DNA of 64,000 nt. It comes from Tubiluchus corallicola (taxonomy: Eukaryota > Animalia > Priapulida). The notes beneath the pieces were generated by a model that was not told the origin of the DNA, searched no databases, and worked only from the letters and a program-made list of their open reading frames with translations. Within the stretch, counting starts at the first letter, position 1. The number at the start of each line of letters is the position of its first letter. The position numbers were made by a program, and so were the translations under genes. The stretch spans positions 1 to 64,000 of the forward strand of contig JAQGDQ010000612.1 of the NCBI GenBank assembly GCA_030141605.1, given 5' to 3'. Below, in pieces: positions 25,319 through 37,900 of the stretch.

Positions 25319-28300
25319 ATGGAGGATATTTTTTCGCTTTGCCGGGAAGGCAATGCGTTTCATGTAAGAGTATGGTTGGACAATCCTGAAAATGATCTGA
25401 ACCAAGGGTAAGCCCAGTTTGAGATCTGTAATGCAGAATTTAATTATAGTATAGGATAGATGTCATGGCTATGTAAAGAAAATTGCCTACAGCTCATTTT
25501 TATTTTTGCTTGAAAAGAGAACAATCTTATGTAGCGAAATTTGATGTAGTCGGCATGTGTGTGTGTTTTTGAATAGACATGTTCTCGCTGAGCGGTGAAG
25601 TCTGTTATATGTGGATTTAGTAATGATTTAGGCCTTTAGCCTTTTAAAATAATTCTTTTAGGTTTGCTAACTATTAGCTTGTCCTCGGTTAAATTACTTT
25701 ACTCCTTATTGTTGCCTGTAAATGTTGAATTACTGTATGTTTGTTAAACCTCATTCTCTGCTTGCAATCATGCAAGAAGCAAAACGAGTTATAGTCTATT
25801 CAAATTTCACAAATCCTACCTGTTCTTGATTGTGAATAAAAAATTTGAATTCACTGTATTGTTCTGTGAGCCAGCTTGTGTGAATGTAAATGTGACCTTC
25901 TCACGTTCTTGATATTATGGGCGTAAGCTAGCCAAGCAACATGCAGTCGAAATTTCTTTACACTGTCTAAGGCTTTTGGCAAGTTTCACAGTGATACAAT
26001 GAAAACTTACCTGCCAATAACTATTGACCCAACAATAAGTGATGTTTTATCTGGTTGGTTTTTCATCTTATGCCACTTTGATATATTTTGCCAAGATTTC
26101 TCATCATTTCAAATGTTTCACAGTTTGGCAAGATTTATTACATTTTAATTTATTAGACATAATTTGCTGGTGTGAAAATAAATACAGAGTGGTAAACTGC
26201 TGTTGTAAAATGTCTCTTAAATATTTAATGTTAATGGATGCAAAGTAATTAGTAGCAATTGCTGAAACATTGTAAATTGATTTTTGGTGAAAAAACTGCT
26301 AGAGTACATCGCTGTAAATATTGCTAATGAAATTCATCAGCAAAATTACACATTGTCATTAAGAGAATTAATTTCACTTTGTGAAACTTGTTGTAGGATT
26401 TTGAATTACAAACCAGATGCTTACAACTTGCTTTTGTTATAAAACTTCTGTAATTTTTTCATAAGTATATTTCAGAATATAAGCATTATAATTATGATAA
26501 CAAAACAAAAACGAAGTAGAGAGCGATGATAAATACTGAGCAAGACGTATTTAAGGTAGCAAATTGAAAATATTTATTCTCTTTTAACAAAACAAGTTTA
26601 TATTAATATTAATATTAAGTTTTTATAGGTAGCATAGGTATTTGTCAAACTGGTATGTAAATAATTATGAATAAAAATGCCGCACTATTTTCTTTACTGT
26701 CGAATTTTTTGTTACTTGTTCAACAGTGCGCGAGTGGAGTGTTTTTTTACTAAAATAAGTTTTCTAGATAATCTATCTGTATTACATCATGTTGACCGTC
26801 TAATATTTCATTGCAAATTTCTACGTAAGTCATATATTTGAGTAGCCTAAGTGCTGCTTGACCAATTTATGGTTGGCAAATGAAGTTACTTGTAATTAAT
26901 ATTGGATATATTAATGTTACTTAGCAACCAAAGGTTGGGGTAAACTGGTAGGTACACATTTGATATTGACACAAATCCCAGTATCCATCATAGTTCCTAG
27001 TTGGACGCGTGCCAGATATTGGTATTAATAATGAAGCAGCTCTTGATATGAAAATATGAGTTTGTAGCCTTGTAGTAATTGATTATTCGTGAATAGTAAA
27101 CGCTGATAAAATCACCGTGCAATAAAGTCAGTTCGCTGTTATATTCGTGAAGTCACTGTTGTACATAAAGGTTCGACCGATTTTATAGGAAACGAATTTT
27201 TATTTGCAGCAGAGAACAATTTGTACTGAATCTTGTTGTAGTCATTAGACGTAAGGTTGAAGGTACAAAACCAGAAATAGCATAAAAGGATTTTTTCACA
27301 ATTTCGTCTCTTCTCTGTTTACCCGAAGGTAGTGCATAGTGGTGTGCTGAGAAATCGTGTCTTTTTATTGCTGCATTTTTGATTTGATAACTTAATAAAT
27401 TTATGCTACGCTAAATTTTTTGTCCTAGTTGGTCAACCCACCCCTCCATTGAATCTAATTGTTCACGTGACGTCGGCACGCCTCCACCACAAAAAAAGCG
27501 TTTTTATGCATTGTTGACCCAGATTGTGACACTGTACAAACGTAGATACCCTGTATATAGTAAAAGCTCTTCAGTTCATGCTGTACGTGAATGTCTTGAA
27601 TAGAATGCACCTGCTTTCTGAGGTTTCCCACATTGTGTGGAAACTGGAAACGCATTAAAAAGCTGCGCTGCACCTGTTTCTAGTACCTTCGTATTGTTAA
27701 CTTTATGTCAGTACGGCTTTTGGTATGAACTTTCTATGGTGACCGGGCGGCCGCTTGTTTTCCTTCTGTTATACGAGGAATTTTTTGCCAGATTATTGTT
27801 TCTTTAATAACTGCAACTCCATTCGCTTCAAGAAAAATGCCAATAGAATCTAGACACGTCTTATCATTATTAGCAAAAAAGTTATGGAATTTTATTTTCT
27901 GTATCTGCGTCACACTCACAATATTTTCATCTTTTGTAGTTTCTGCGTTTGATATTATGGTAAGGAATGGATTTGTTTGGCCTTGTTTGGGGTAGTACTG
28001 TGTTTTCAATTAACTTGACACAGAATCTATTGGAGTGTTGTGAACGGATGTTGAAATTTAACTAGTTGTCTAGAAATTTCTTTGCTAGTCTATGATTCAT
28101 GAGCTCAGAATAGCTACCAGATGTTTTGGTGAGGGCGTGAGGTTTAAATTGCTGTCTGGAAATAGCAGTTTGAGTGTTTAGCGGTACGAGGCGTGTACGA
28201 AGTAGCTGTGTTGATCAGAACTTGATCGTGTATGTCAAGGTCTCGGTAAAGTCTACTGTAGGCTGCTAAGGGGCACAGTATATACAGTCAGTCGAGCACG

Positions 28301-31300
28301 TATGTGTAATTATTGACTAAATAACTGATATCAGGACATACTATTGTGCAGCACTAAATTGTAATACACTTTAGGAGCAGTATATGTAAAACAGTACATT
28401 ATCGAGGCTGTCTATTAATAATTCCATGAGCGGTTACAACGTCGTAATAATTTTCATTATTGGTAATGATAGGAGTTTCCCCAATGTTAGAGTTCTTACC
28501 TAAAAACTCGCAGAAACCGGAAGTACTGGCATAAAATTATTGACTAAATAACTGATATCACGACATACTATTGTGCAGCACTAAATTGTAATACACTTTA
28601 GGAGCAGTATATGTAAAACAGTACATTATCGAAGCTGTCTATTTATAATTCCATGGGCAGTTAGAACGTCGTAATAATTCTCATTATTGATAATGATGGG
28701 AGTTTCTCCAATGTTAGACTTCCAGAAACCGGAAGTGCTGACACGTCCCACGTTTTCATTTCTCTAAACGTAAAACTTTCACGCGTGCAGCAATGTATAT
28801 TGTTCTGCTCTGCTGTGATTGCATCTATAGGTTCGGCATTTAGCTGAGTTGACTTACTAAGTACATTGTGGCGCAGCATCATTAAACTTTCACACACCTG
28901 TTCAGGTAAATTGATGCTGGCAATTACCTGCCCGCTAATCATCTTAAGTGCTTTTGAGAGAAGTGCAGGTTTCCTCGCATCTTGGGAGGTCTCACAACTT
29001 GTGATATAGGCCTAGTCAAAATGTTTGCTATCTTGGCTTGAAGTTATTATTTTAATATTCATGAACCAAAATTATTCAATCAGTGAAATTGTCAGAAATT
29101 CGCCTGGTCTGAACCATTCAGTATGAGGGGGTATTGGCGAAGGGTGTATGAACAACACTTCGCCACGTTTTTATGTTATAGGAACTGAAACATTTGCCGT
29201 AATATGGTAGCTACAGCTGTTTTTAGCAAATTTAGCTTCAGGAGGTGACAGTATAGGTCAACTTAATTTGTTTTAGCCGAAATATCGTGGTTCTGCTTTT
29301 TTTCAAATATGGGAGTTGTCAAAGCGGTAAGTCAAATCTCACTAAAGTTGTCGAAAATGTTTTTTTATCATTTTCCGACAATTTTAACCATAAAAAATCA
29401 AAAACACGCAACATATACTTTAGTGTTTTTGCTTTTTCCGCAAATATTTTTCTGGAATCGCGAGGTTGGCTACAAATTGCAGTGGATTCAGATTACAGTC
29501 GATCATTATGCGGTTAAGGCTGAACAATTTTGACGGATTGTCACTATTGATCAAGGCAGATTGTATCAAATGTTGCGGCCTTTTCAGGATTAATCGGTGT
29601 GCGGTAGCTTTATTATTAAATCCAAGTCCGTGAAGGAATTTAGTAAGACTTACTAAATGACAAAGTCGGAGAAAGTAACAAATGAAAATTTTGCACCTCA
29701 AAGGAATTGAACTCATGCCGTTTTGACCCGCTAGTTAGCGTCAATGCTAGCTATTGCCACTATTCCCAGTTTGCATTTTCCCTGTTTCCATTTTGAAGTT
29801 TCCTGGTGTAGATTTGTCTGATTTAAATTTAGCCACGCAGTAATGTACTTGAAGTTTTGAAGAATTTAAACAAGCTGAATTGATGCGCTCTTCTAAGCTC
29901 AAAACTTTAATTTTAGGACGCAAACAAAATTCTAAGCAGCGAGCATTTGGTCAGCAAGATATTTCGGCAGTGGATACTTGAATAGTGGACATTTGGCCAG
30001 TGAATACTTGGGCTATGGCATTTGGGCAATAGACATTTGGCCAGTACGACAGTTGGGCAATGGACACTTGGGCAGGAGACACTTTGGCAGTGGACACTTG
30101 GGTAATGAACATTTAGTCAATGGACACTTGGCCGGGAGACACTTTGGCAGTGGACACTTGGGCAATGGACATTTAGTCAGTGGACACTTGGGTAGTGAAT
30201 GCTTTAAGGATTACCGTGAAGGGTAGCCAATACTAGACTGTACGAATATGATAAGCCGTTATGGTATCGCCGGCTGATGGTTATTCACCATCATTTAATT
30301 TGAACTGTTGCCAATGGGTCGCGCAACATGTTTTTACACTATACCACATCGAAGTGTTTTTAGTGCCTGTTCACTAAAATCTCAATAAACTAATCGTAAT
30401 CTTTGTAGCTGAACAATTATCCTACACGAGTTTTCAATACTGAAGCAATTCCGTCTCGCCCGAGTGGAGATTATAGCGGATAAATTAGCCCATCCCTTGT
30501 CCTGCAATCATCATAATAGCTGCATGGTTGCCGTTAACAAATCAGATTATATGTGCACTGAATGAAGCGAACATGCAATACTACTTGTAGGCTGGCGCCG
30601 CTTGAATGTCATAAATGCAATGTTAATGTATTTTATGAGCAAATTGTTGTACAGAGGTATCCTGGAGCTGAACTTTATGCCTCTTTGCTAGACTAATTGA
30701 AACGAGTTTATTATGTACTTGTAAGGCAGCAAGAGAACTTCGAAAAACTGCTCTTATCAGTAAAAGAAGGAAATCTCCCTGGCTTTGGCATTTTGCCAAC
30801 AAATTTACGATAGTGAATAGTTCTTCTGCGTTTACACTGAAAGTGTAATGAACTAGAACTTTGAACTTTTCAAATTAATCCTCGTTAAAATGAAGGCCTA
30901 ACGCAATTTAAACTTGATTCTCTAAATTTTTGCAAGTTTTTCTGGTTCTTACGTTTTAAATTAATTAGTGTGACACATTTAATTCGCGCTTTAAGAAGAA
31001 TTAAGCTTAACTGAATTAAAGAAGTGTGAGAGGATATGACGAATACAGCTGCCTTAAGCACATCACTGTGTGTAACTATTAAATATGTACATTTATTGTA
31101 CATGATGAATAAAAAAATGAACATTTTGTGTAATCTGTATGATGAATAAAAATAATGATCATTTTGTGTAATCTAATCTAATCATTTTTGTAAATTTGCT
31201 GCCGAAATAAATGACAAATTTCAGTCTTGTTTCATTTTTGCATGAATTTGCAGTCTCTGCAGACATGAACCAAAATAACAATGAATCTTTTATGCTGGAA

Positions 31301-34300
31301 CATCGTTTTTAAAAGGTAATGTCCACCGTACCACTGACATAAACGTTCCTGAAATGCCCCATTAATTTTGTGCAATACTTTGACCATGGGTTAGTGTTTA
31401 CACTTGTGATTGGATGCAACCAGTGATTTTAAGAGGATGAAATGAGAAGAAAATTCTAGCATTTGCTGGGATGCTGTCGTGACCTCAGCTGCAGCAGCTG
31501 CAGTCATCACTCATCGCATGACCAAGAATGCTAGCACAAAGTTCAAAGGAAGCAGAGAGGAGAACCGTATGATGCAAGTCAAGCAGAGCTGGATGATGAT
31601 TACTTATATCAGTAATGGCTGGGCGTTCCCGGGTCATTCTACGCATTACGTGGGTCTTGATTTGCATACGTGTATTCGTGTTAGCTGAACAACGAAGCCA
31701 GCTTGGTATACGAATTTTAACTTTGGGGGGGGGGGGGTGATGTTATCGTTGAACTTTACATTGCTTTTTGGATTTCGGTTAAGAATCTTAAAATTAGCGT
31801 CTTTATCCGTTCTATATAATGATGATAACTACGATGATTAATATGATGATGATGATGATGATGATTTAAAGATACATTATTCCGTAATAATGTGCATTTT
31901 CCTGTAATATTTAAGATTTAGGCCTATCAAGTTTACAAAATTTTGAATTATTTATTCATTTATTGGAAGTCTTTCTTACGAAAAGTAGAGTTCCTGTATT
32001 AAAAGATTCGGTACATATAAAAAAGACAAAATGCGATATTAAAAACTAGCACGAACTGTAAACACATTTACAAGAGAGAATTGAGGTTTTTAGACAAATG
32101 CACTGTACCATGAAACTCCTGTGCACTCATTTACATCATACAATTTTCTAATCACAGTAATTGATTTATATTGGTTATTTTGCACACAGTTCATAAAGTT
32201 ACGAATGACTACTGATTTGACTGATTTTTCAGTTGAGTTACCAGTTATTAAATCGTATTTATATCCTACGTTCTACATATTATTCCAAAACTCGGAGTAG
32301 AGTACCCATTATCAGGTAATTGATGAATATTTAGTTCATTTGCTGTACATGTCACGTATTCAGTAATCGTATACTATAATCTACCGCATATAGATTGACC
32401 TGTGTAATATGAACTCCAACCTATTATGTAAAACATTTGAAATTAATTTTTTTAACTTTCGTAAATTTTTGAAGTCATTAATTTCGCTGCTGTTAAAGTT
32501 CCACACCAACGAACTTGTAGAATTTATCATTAAAAGGTTTAGGACAAAATCCAGTGCCAGTAGGAAAGTCGTGACTATGAAACAGACTTGATTTGCTAAG
32601 CAGTTTAAGCGTATTGCAGATTTACTGGTGTACTTGACCTGTATGGCTTTGTATTGATCGTCTGAACAATTTTTAGGTTGTGCTGGCAGTTAGCACAGCA
32701 ACTATACAACAAGAAGCCAAATTCCATTGGAAGCCAAAGAAGCTGCTGCTTGAATGGTCTAAATTAATCACATTCATTGCATGCAGCGGCCGGGTGGGGG
32801 GTCATTATTGTGGATTCGTTGACTTGAGCTAACAGTGGGACTGATCTAAACTGAACTGTCTGTTCGTTTAGTGATTTACATAGTAACTGGACTAGCTATA
32901 GGCAATGAACGTACATATTGGCATTAAGAGCTGGTTTTGTTCAAGAATAATAGCAGTGAATGGAATCTACTTTCTGAATCCTCCAAGAGTCTTCACGCGA
33001 ATAATTTGGACGCGAGTAGCGAAGTGTGGAAAAAATTGGAGAAAAAATTCCTATTTTAAGAGGAGCAAGGTCAAGTCCGTCCAGGGAGAAGGCATTCAAT
33101 AAGCCGAGACCAATCAGTTTGCTCTAAGGCTGTCCAAGAGCTGCTGTTTAATTCCCACAATTAAGCATGCAAGGAATGTTAGAGTGACTATCTACTATAG
33201 GACAAAAATAGAAGGTGGATGCATTCGTCATCTTACCAACCAACAATTTAATCTTCTAGTTTTCAATTTACTATTTGCTGTTATTGAATGCATTCATATA
33301 CAACATGACGTCACTTCCTGTGAAAATTGAAAACATTGCAGCATTTGGCAGTTTGGAGAGTATATCATCTTGATAACTACCAATCACTAAACGACTGTGT
33401 TCATATACATACTTTAAATATATATATATGTATGTGTGTATATATATATATATATATATGCTTAAAGTATGTATATGAACACAATTGTTCGTGATTGGTA
33501 GTTATCAAGATGATATATTCTCCAAACTGTCAAATGCCGCAATGTTTTCAATTTTCAAAGAAGTGACGTCATATATGTATATATTGTATATAGTTAATAT
33601 ATGTATTAGTATTAAATATGTATATACTGTATATAGTTAATATATATATATTAGTATTAAATATATAATAAACGTTATTATTAAATCTAATACATTTAAT
33701 ATTCAGACTAATATGCTAATGTGTAAGATAAGCCTACCTTGTTTTCATTCATTCACTCTTTATATTATGTAGAAGTTTGCGTCTCAGGGAAACTGAAACG
33801 TAATTATGCTAAACATTACTTAATCTCTCGTTATTCACACAGTATCTTGTCACGTGGTTGTTCTTTCTAATGTAACAATCATAATAATCCTCCGAATAAA
33901 AGGGACTATGAAGCAGAAACGTGTATAAAGTGTTTTGGGAGCGGCAGGAAACGGAAAACAAACCTCAGTCAGACTGCTTTCGCTTCCTGTGCTTCCACGA
34001 GGTGCACTAGTGCAGAAGTTTACTTTCATGACTTTGGAATCAATGATTCAATCAAAGATGTTTCTCTCTTGTTTCTCGTGTTATGACATATAATTTGATA
34101 GCGAATGAGAAACAACGTCGGGAGAAATGTGCATTAGTTCGGCCGTTTGTACTGTTCCAAAAAATCGTCTGTGATTACTTTGCATCATGGCACACTGATT
34201 TTGGCATTTTCATTTCTTTGAGCAGCACACTTGTGCTTCGTTCTCAGCTTTCTAGAAATATCAAAATTGTAATATCTTTATGTCCAAGCCGTTGAAATTT

Positions 34301-34871
34301 CGTTCGTGGAGCTCTTCCAGTATGTCTGACCGGAAGTTCTCCGATGAGGACTACGTGGACATGACAGGTAGGAAATTCTCAGAAGAAGTGATGGAACAAC
34401 TGAACATCTTAGAAGCAACAGATGCTGCTGCTGCTTCTGTTGATGATTGTGGCGACAGCATGGACGATGCCGTTGAAGACGAAAGCGCAGAGGAAAAGGA
34501 GCAGTTCGAAAGTTTTGTTACGGAAATGATCCGCTACTCCAGCTCAGAGATGCTTGATGATGACGATGGCGATCGTGACAGTGGTACGGCCGGAATGGTT
34601 CGCAAGCAAAGCATGGTCACCTTTGCCGAGTGGCACCAGAGTCATGGAGGCGAATCTGCCTCCAGTGGAGATGAATTGGAGGAAGAGGTGCAAAAGCGAA
34701 AACGTAAACCAGTACTACAGAGATACAACTCATGGAAGGGAATGTCAGATGAAGACTACAGTAATCTCGTTTATGAGCAACTAAATGTTGGGTATATGTG
34801 ACTGTAATAGTTATTGTTACCGTTTGGTAATATAATGTCACAAACACATTTACTGCTGCTGCTACTACATC

Positions 34872-34903
<32 letters not shown>

Positions 34904-34932
34904 GTAGTAGTAGTAGTAGTATTATTATTATT

Positions 34933-34964
<32 letters not shown>

Positions 34965-37900
34965 TATTATTATAGCAACTTTGCTACTTTTAGATATAAG
35001 ATCATGCGGCAAGGTTTCTCAAATGAGTGTTGATAACCTCATTCGTGAAGTCCAAAATCTTGTGTAACTTCTGAACAGGTGTGATGATAATGTAGACCTA
35101 AACGGAAGTGCTGATGCATGGTTCTTAACAATGTCAAGTTGTTTGACATCCAAATTCCAATTTAGTTTGCAGTTTTGCATATTGGACAAATTCAATGTCC
35201 TTATTGATTAACCTTGACTTACTAGAAGTTTCATATATATCATATGAATATGTGATATGTATGTGTTTGTCCTTCACTGGAATTTCGTTAACTCACAATA
35301 ATTGCAGCGTGTATGTCATTGAGTCCCAGTTTTGCAACATCAGCTAACATTAAAGACAAAAACTGATCCTATATGTAACTCAGACATGTCAGTAGCCATT
35401 AAAAAGTGTGATTAATACGTAGTTTATTTTTGTACGGTCCACATCAGTTTTATTTTTGTACGTTAATGTTATTTTTATTTTTGTACAGTTAATATTAGTT
35501 TCATTTTTTGTACGGTCAACATCAGTTTCATTTTTGTACGGTTAACATCAGCTTTATTTTTCCTTCAGAGACCATCATGGTTTCAGTCCTCTGCATTGGG
35601 CTTCTAGAGAAGGCAGGACCAACATTGTGGACATGCTCATCCTACGCGGTGCTCGGATCAACGCCACCAACATGGGCGATGACACAGCGCTTCACCTAGC
35701 GGCAAGCCATGGACGCAGGGACATTGTGCTTATGGTATGTATAATGTGCAGTATTCGTTGCTGTCATTTGGATATGTAAGAATATGCACCTCGTTTACGA
35801 ACTAGCGAATAACCTGTGTGAAAAATGCTCTTTTTTCATAAGTTTGTGGGAGAGACAGCGGCCTGGTTTTAAATTTGTTGATTAGAATTCAAACAAATGC
35901 GTGGAAATATATATAGTCTAATTTGTTGTTTTTATAGAAAAAGATGCATAAAAAAAAGCAGCATAACGCTTACGTGTACGAGTTGTTAATTAAAATGTCT
36001 TGCTGTTATTGAAATATGTAATTTAGATTAATTCATGACTTTCTAAGAAAAACCGCACAACTATTTGATTAAAAGAGTGGCCACCCAAAATATAATTTAT
36101 TGCAACTTACATGATTTGTCGCATTTACATTATTACTTTTTATCACAGCCATAACATTAAATAGAACTCAGGATAACCAATCATATATAATTATTCACTT
36201 TATCACATAGTTAATACAATAAGCACAGAGTACTAATGCTAGATATATGATGCACATATCAGCACATAACTATAAAAAAACTGTTAAAAGGAAAAATAAC
36301 CTAATCTTATAGGAATAGCAAGCGTCAAATGGTCACCTGTATAAAGGTGACGATGGAATTTATAACTTTAGAATGAAGACCGTATAAATAATTCAAGGTT
36401 AACCTAATCTAAATTACAGCCTGAACGACTTTGCAAAAGCACTAGGTAGATTTGCAAAAGTTATAGGAACCGGAATAAACTAGTTTGCAATACTGTAAAT
36501 GAAAAGTCTAGCAGCAGAGTTGAACTCAATCACGGGAATCCGTGACAACCTGGTTGTCAGAAGATACGAGGCGACTTTAAAGGACCTTAAGGAACCAAGA
36601 TCAGTGGAACTAGCATAAATGTGAATTCGATCTTTAAAGGAGAAGAAAAGGGAATGTTAAAGTTATTGATATTTTTGATTAGTTAGTGTATTGTGCGCTA
36701 TGAATGTTCTAATTATTTTTCCAAACTTTACATAATGTTATTTAACCTTATTTCAAACGACTTAAGTACTATTTAAAATGGCTGCGCCATAGAATAGTGT
36801 TATCTTGTGCTTTGATGTGCTTTTGATGTCACAATCTATTCATTGGGTCAACTGTCGTGTTTCTGTCCGATTAGTGTCTTTACTGTCAGATCGGTGAGAG
36901 CGTATAATCCTATTGTTTTATTTGCGCAAAACTATCATGTTCTAACAACATGCGTGCAAAGGTAGCACAAGATACTAATACTGCAACAGTTTTGTTGAAA
37001 GTATCGCATGGTTTTGCCTAATTGTCATATCAGTATGAAAAATGTGAACGTATCTTAAAAAAGCAGGCATAACTAGTGAAAATTTTTACTGTGTTGCAAT
37101 TTCTCCCTCCACTACCCTTCTAGCTCACTTTGGTTGTGAGGAAAGAATGAACCAGTAAGCTCCCAAGACGGTTTCAGACGCATGCAAAAGAGCAACCAAG
37201 TCCTAGAGCTTAAAGTTTATTAATGAACGCTTGAATGGCCGGCAAGAATTTGTGCCTGAAGACCTACTTCACCCCAGGTCCCCATGCACTACCTGCCATG
37301 TTCACAATGGTCTTCAAGCAGGCGCTAAAACCTTTACAATAAGATTTATGAACCTCGCAAACATTTTTCCACAATGGCCGTGTCATTTGAACAGGCCGAC
37401 TTCTAATCATTCTTTAAAATTTACAAAAGGTTGGGCATATTAGTTCACCGCGTTCTCATTGTACTGGTCACACCTTCATGTTTGCTTCAGACACGTAAAA
37501 ATCACGTAGAATTTCTCGTGAAAGTTTCTAATCCCAGCGTCCGTCTAGCCAACATGAGGTACACGTTTAGGTTCTTGGTTTGGGGCACTTTGGCCATGTA
37601 TACTCAGATTTTGATTTGCTGACCTAATGCCTGAAAGCAAACGCAACCGATCCCGGGCATCCAGCCTTGTAAACAAAAACTGTTGTCATGTTTATTAACA
37701 GACTGTCAACATTGTGTGTTTTTCTGAAAGGCGGACTTCCTGCGTGTACTTGATCTCCGCCAGAAGATGTGTTCGTTAGCGGACGGTATTAGTTATTACG
37801 CACGCCCGCTAGTGCTGCCACCACCACCATGTACCTGCTATTCGTACACTATTCTGTGCACTTGATTATTACGCACGCCCGCTAGTACTGCCACCACCAC

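Noticed and set aside
27734-28009. 91-aa minus-strand ORF and neighbouring short ORFs in ILK intron 1
   Set aside because: No recognisable domain or splice structure, and the length is within chance expectation.
29978-30226. GHLG pentapeptide-repeat ORF
   Set aside because: It is a by-product of a 15-bp minisatellite, with a TTG start and no splice support.
31440-31690. GC-richer patch in ILK intron 1 as another alternative exon
   Set aside because: I found no convincing ATG with a phase-2 donor and no recognisable homology.
36300-37700. Possible decayed LINE fragments on the - strand
   Set aside because: The resemblance is vague, with no identifiable RT motifs.
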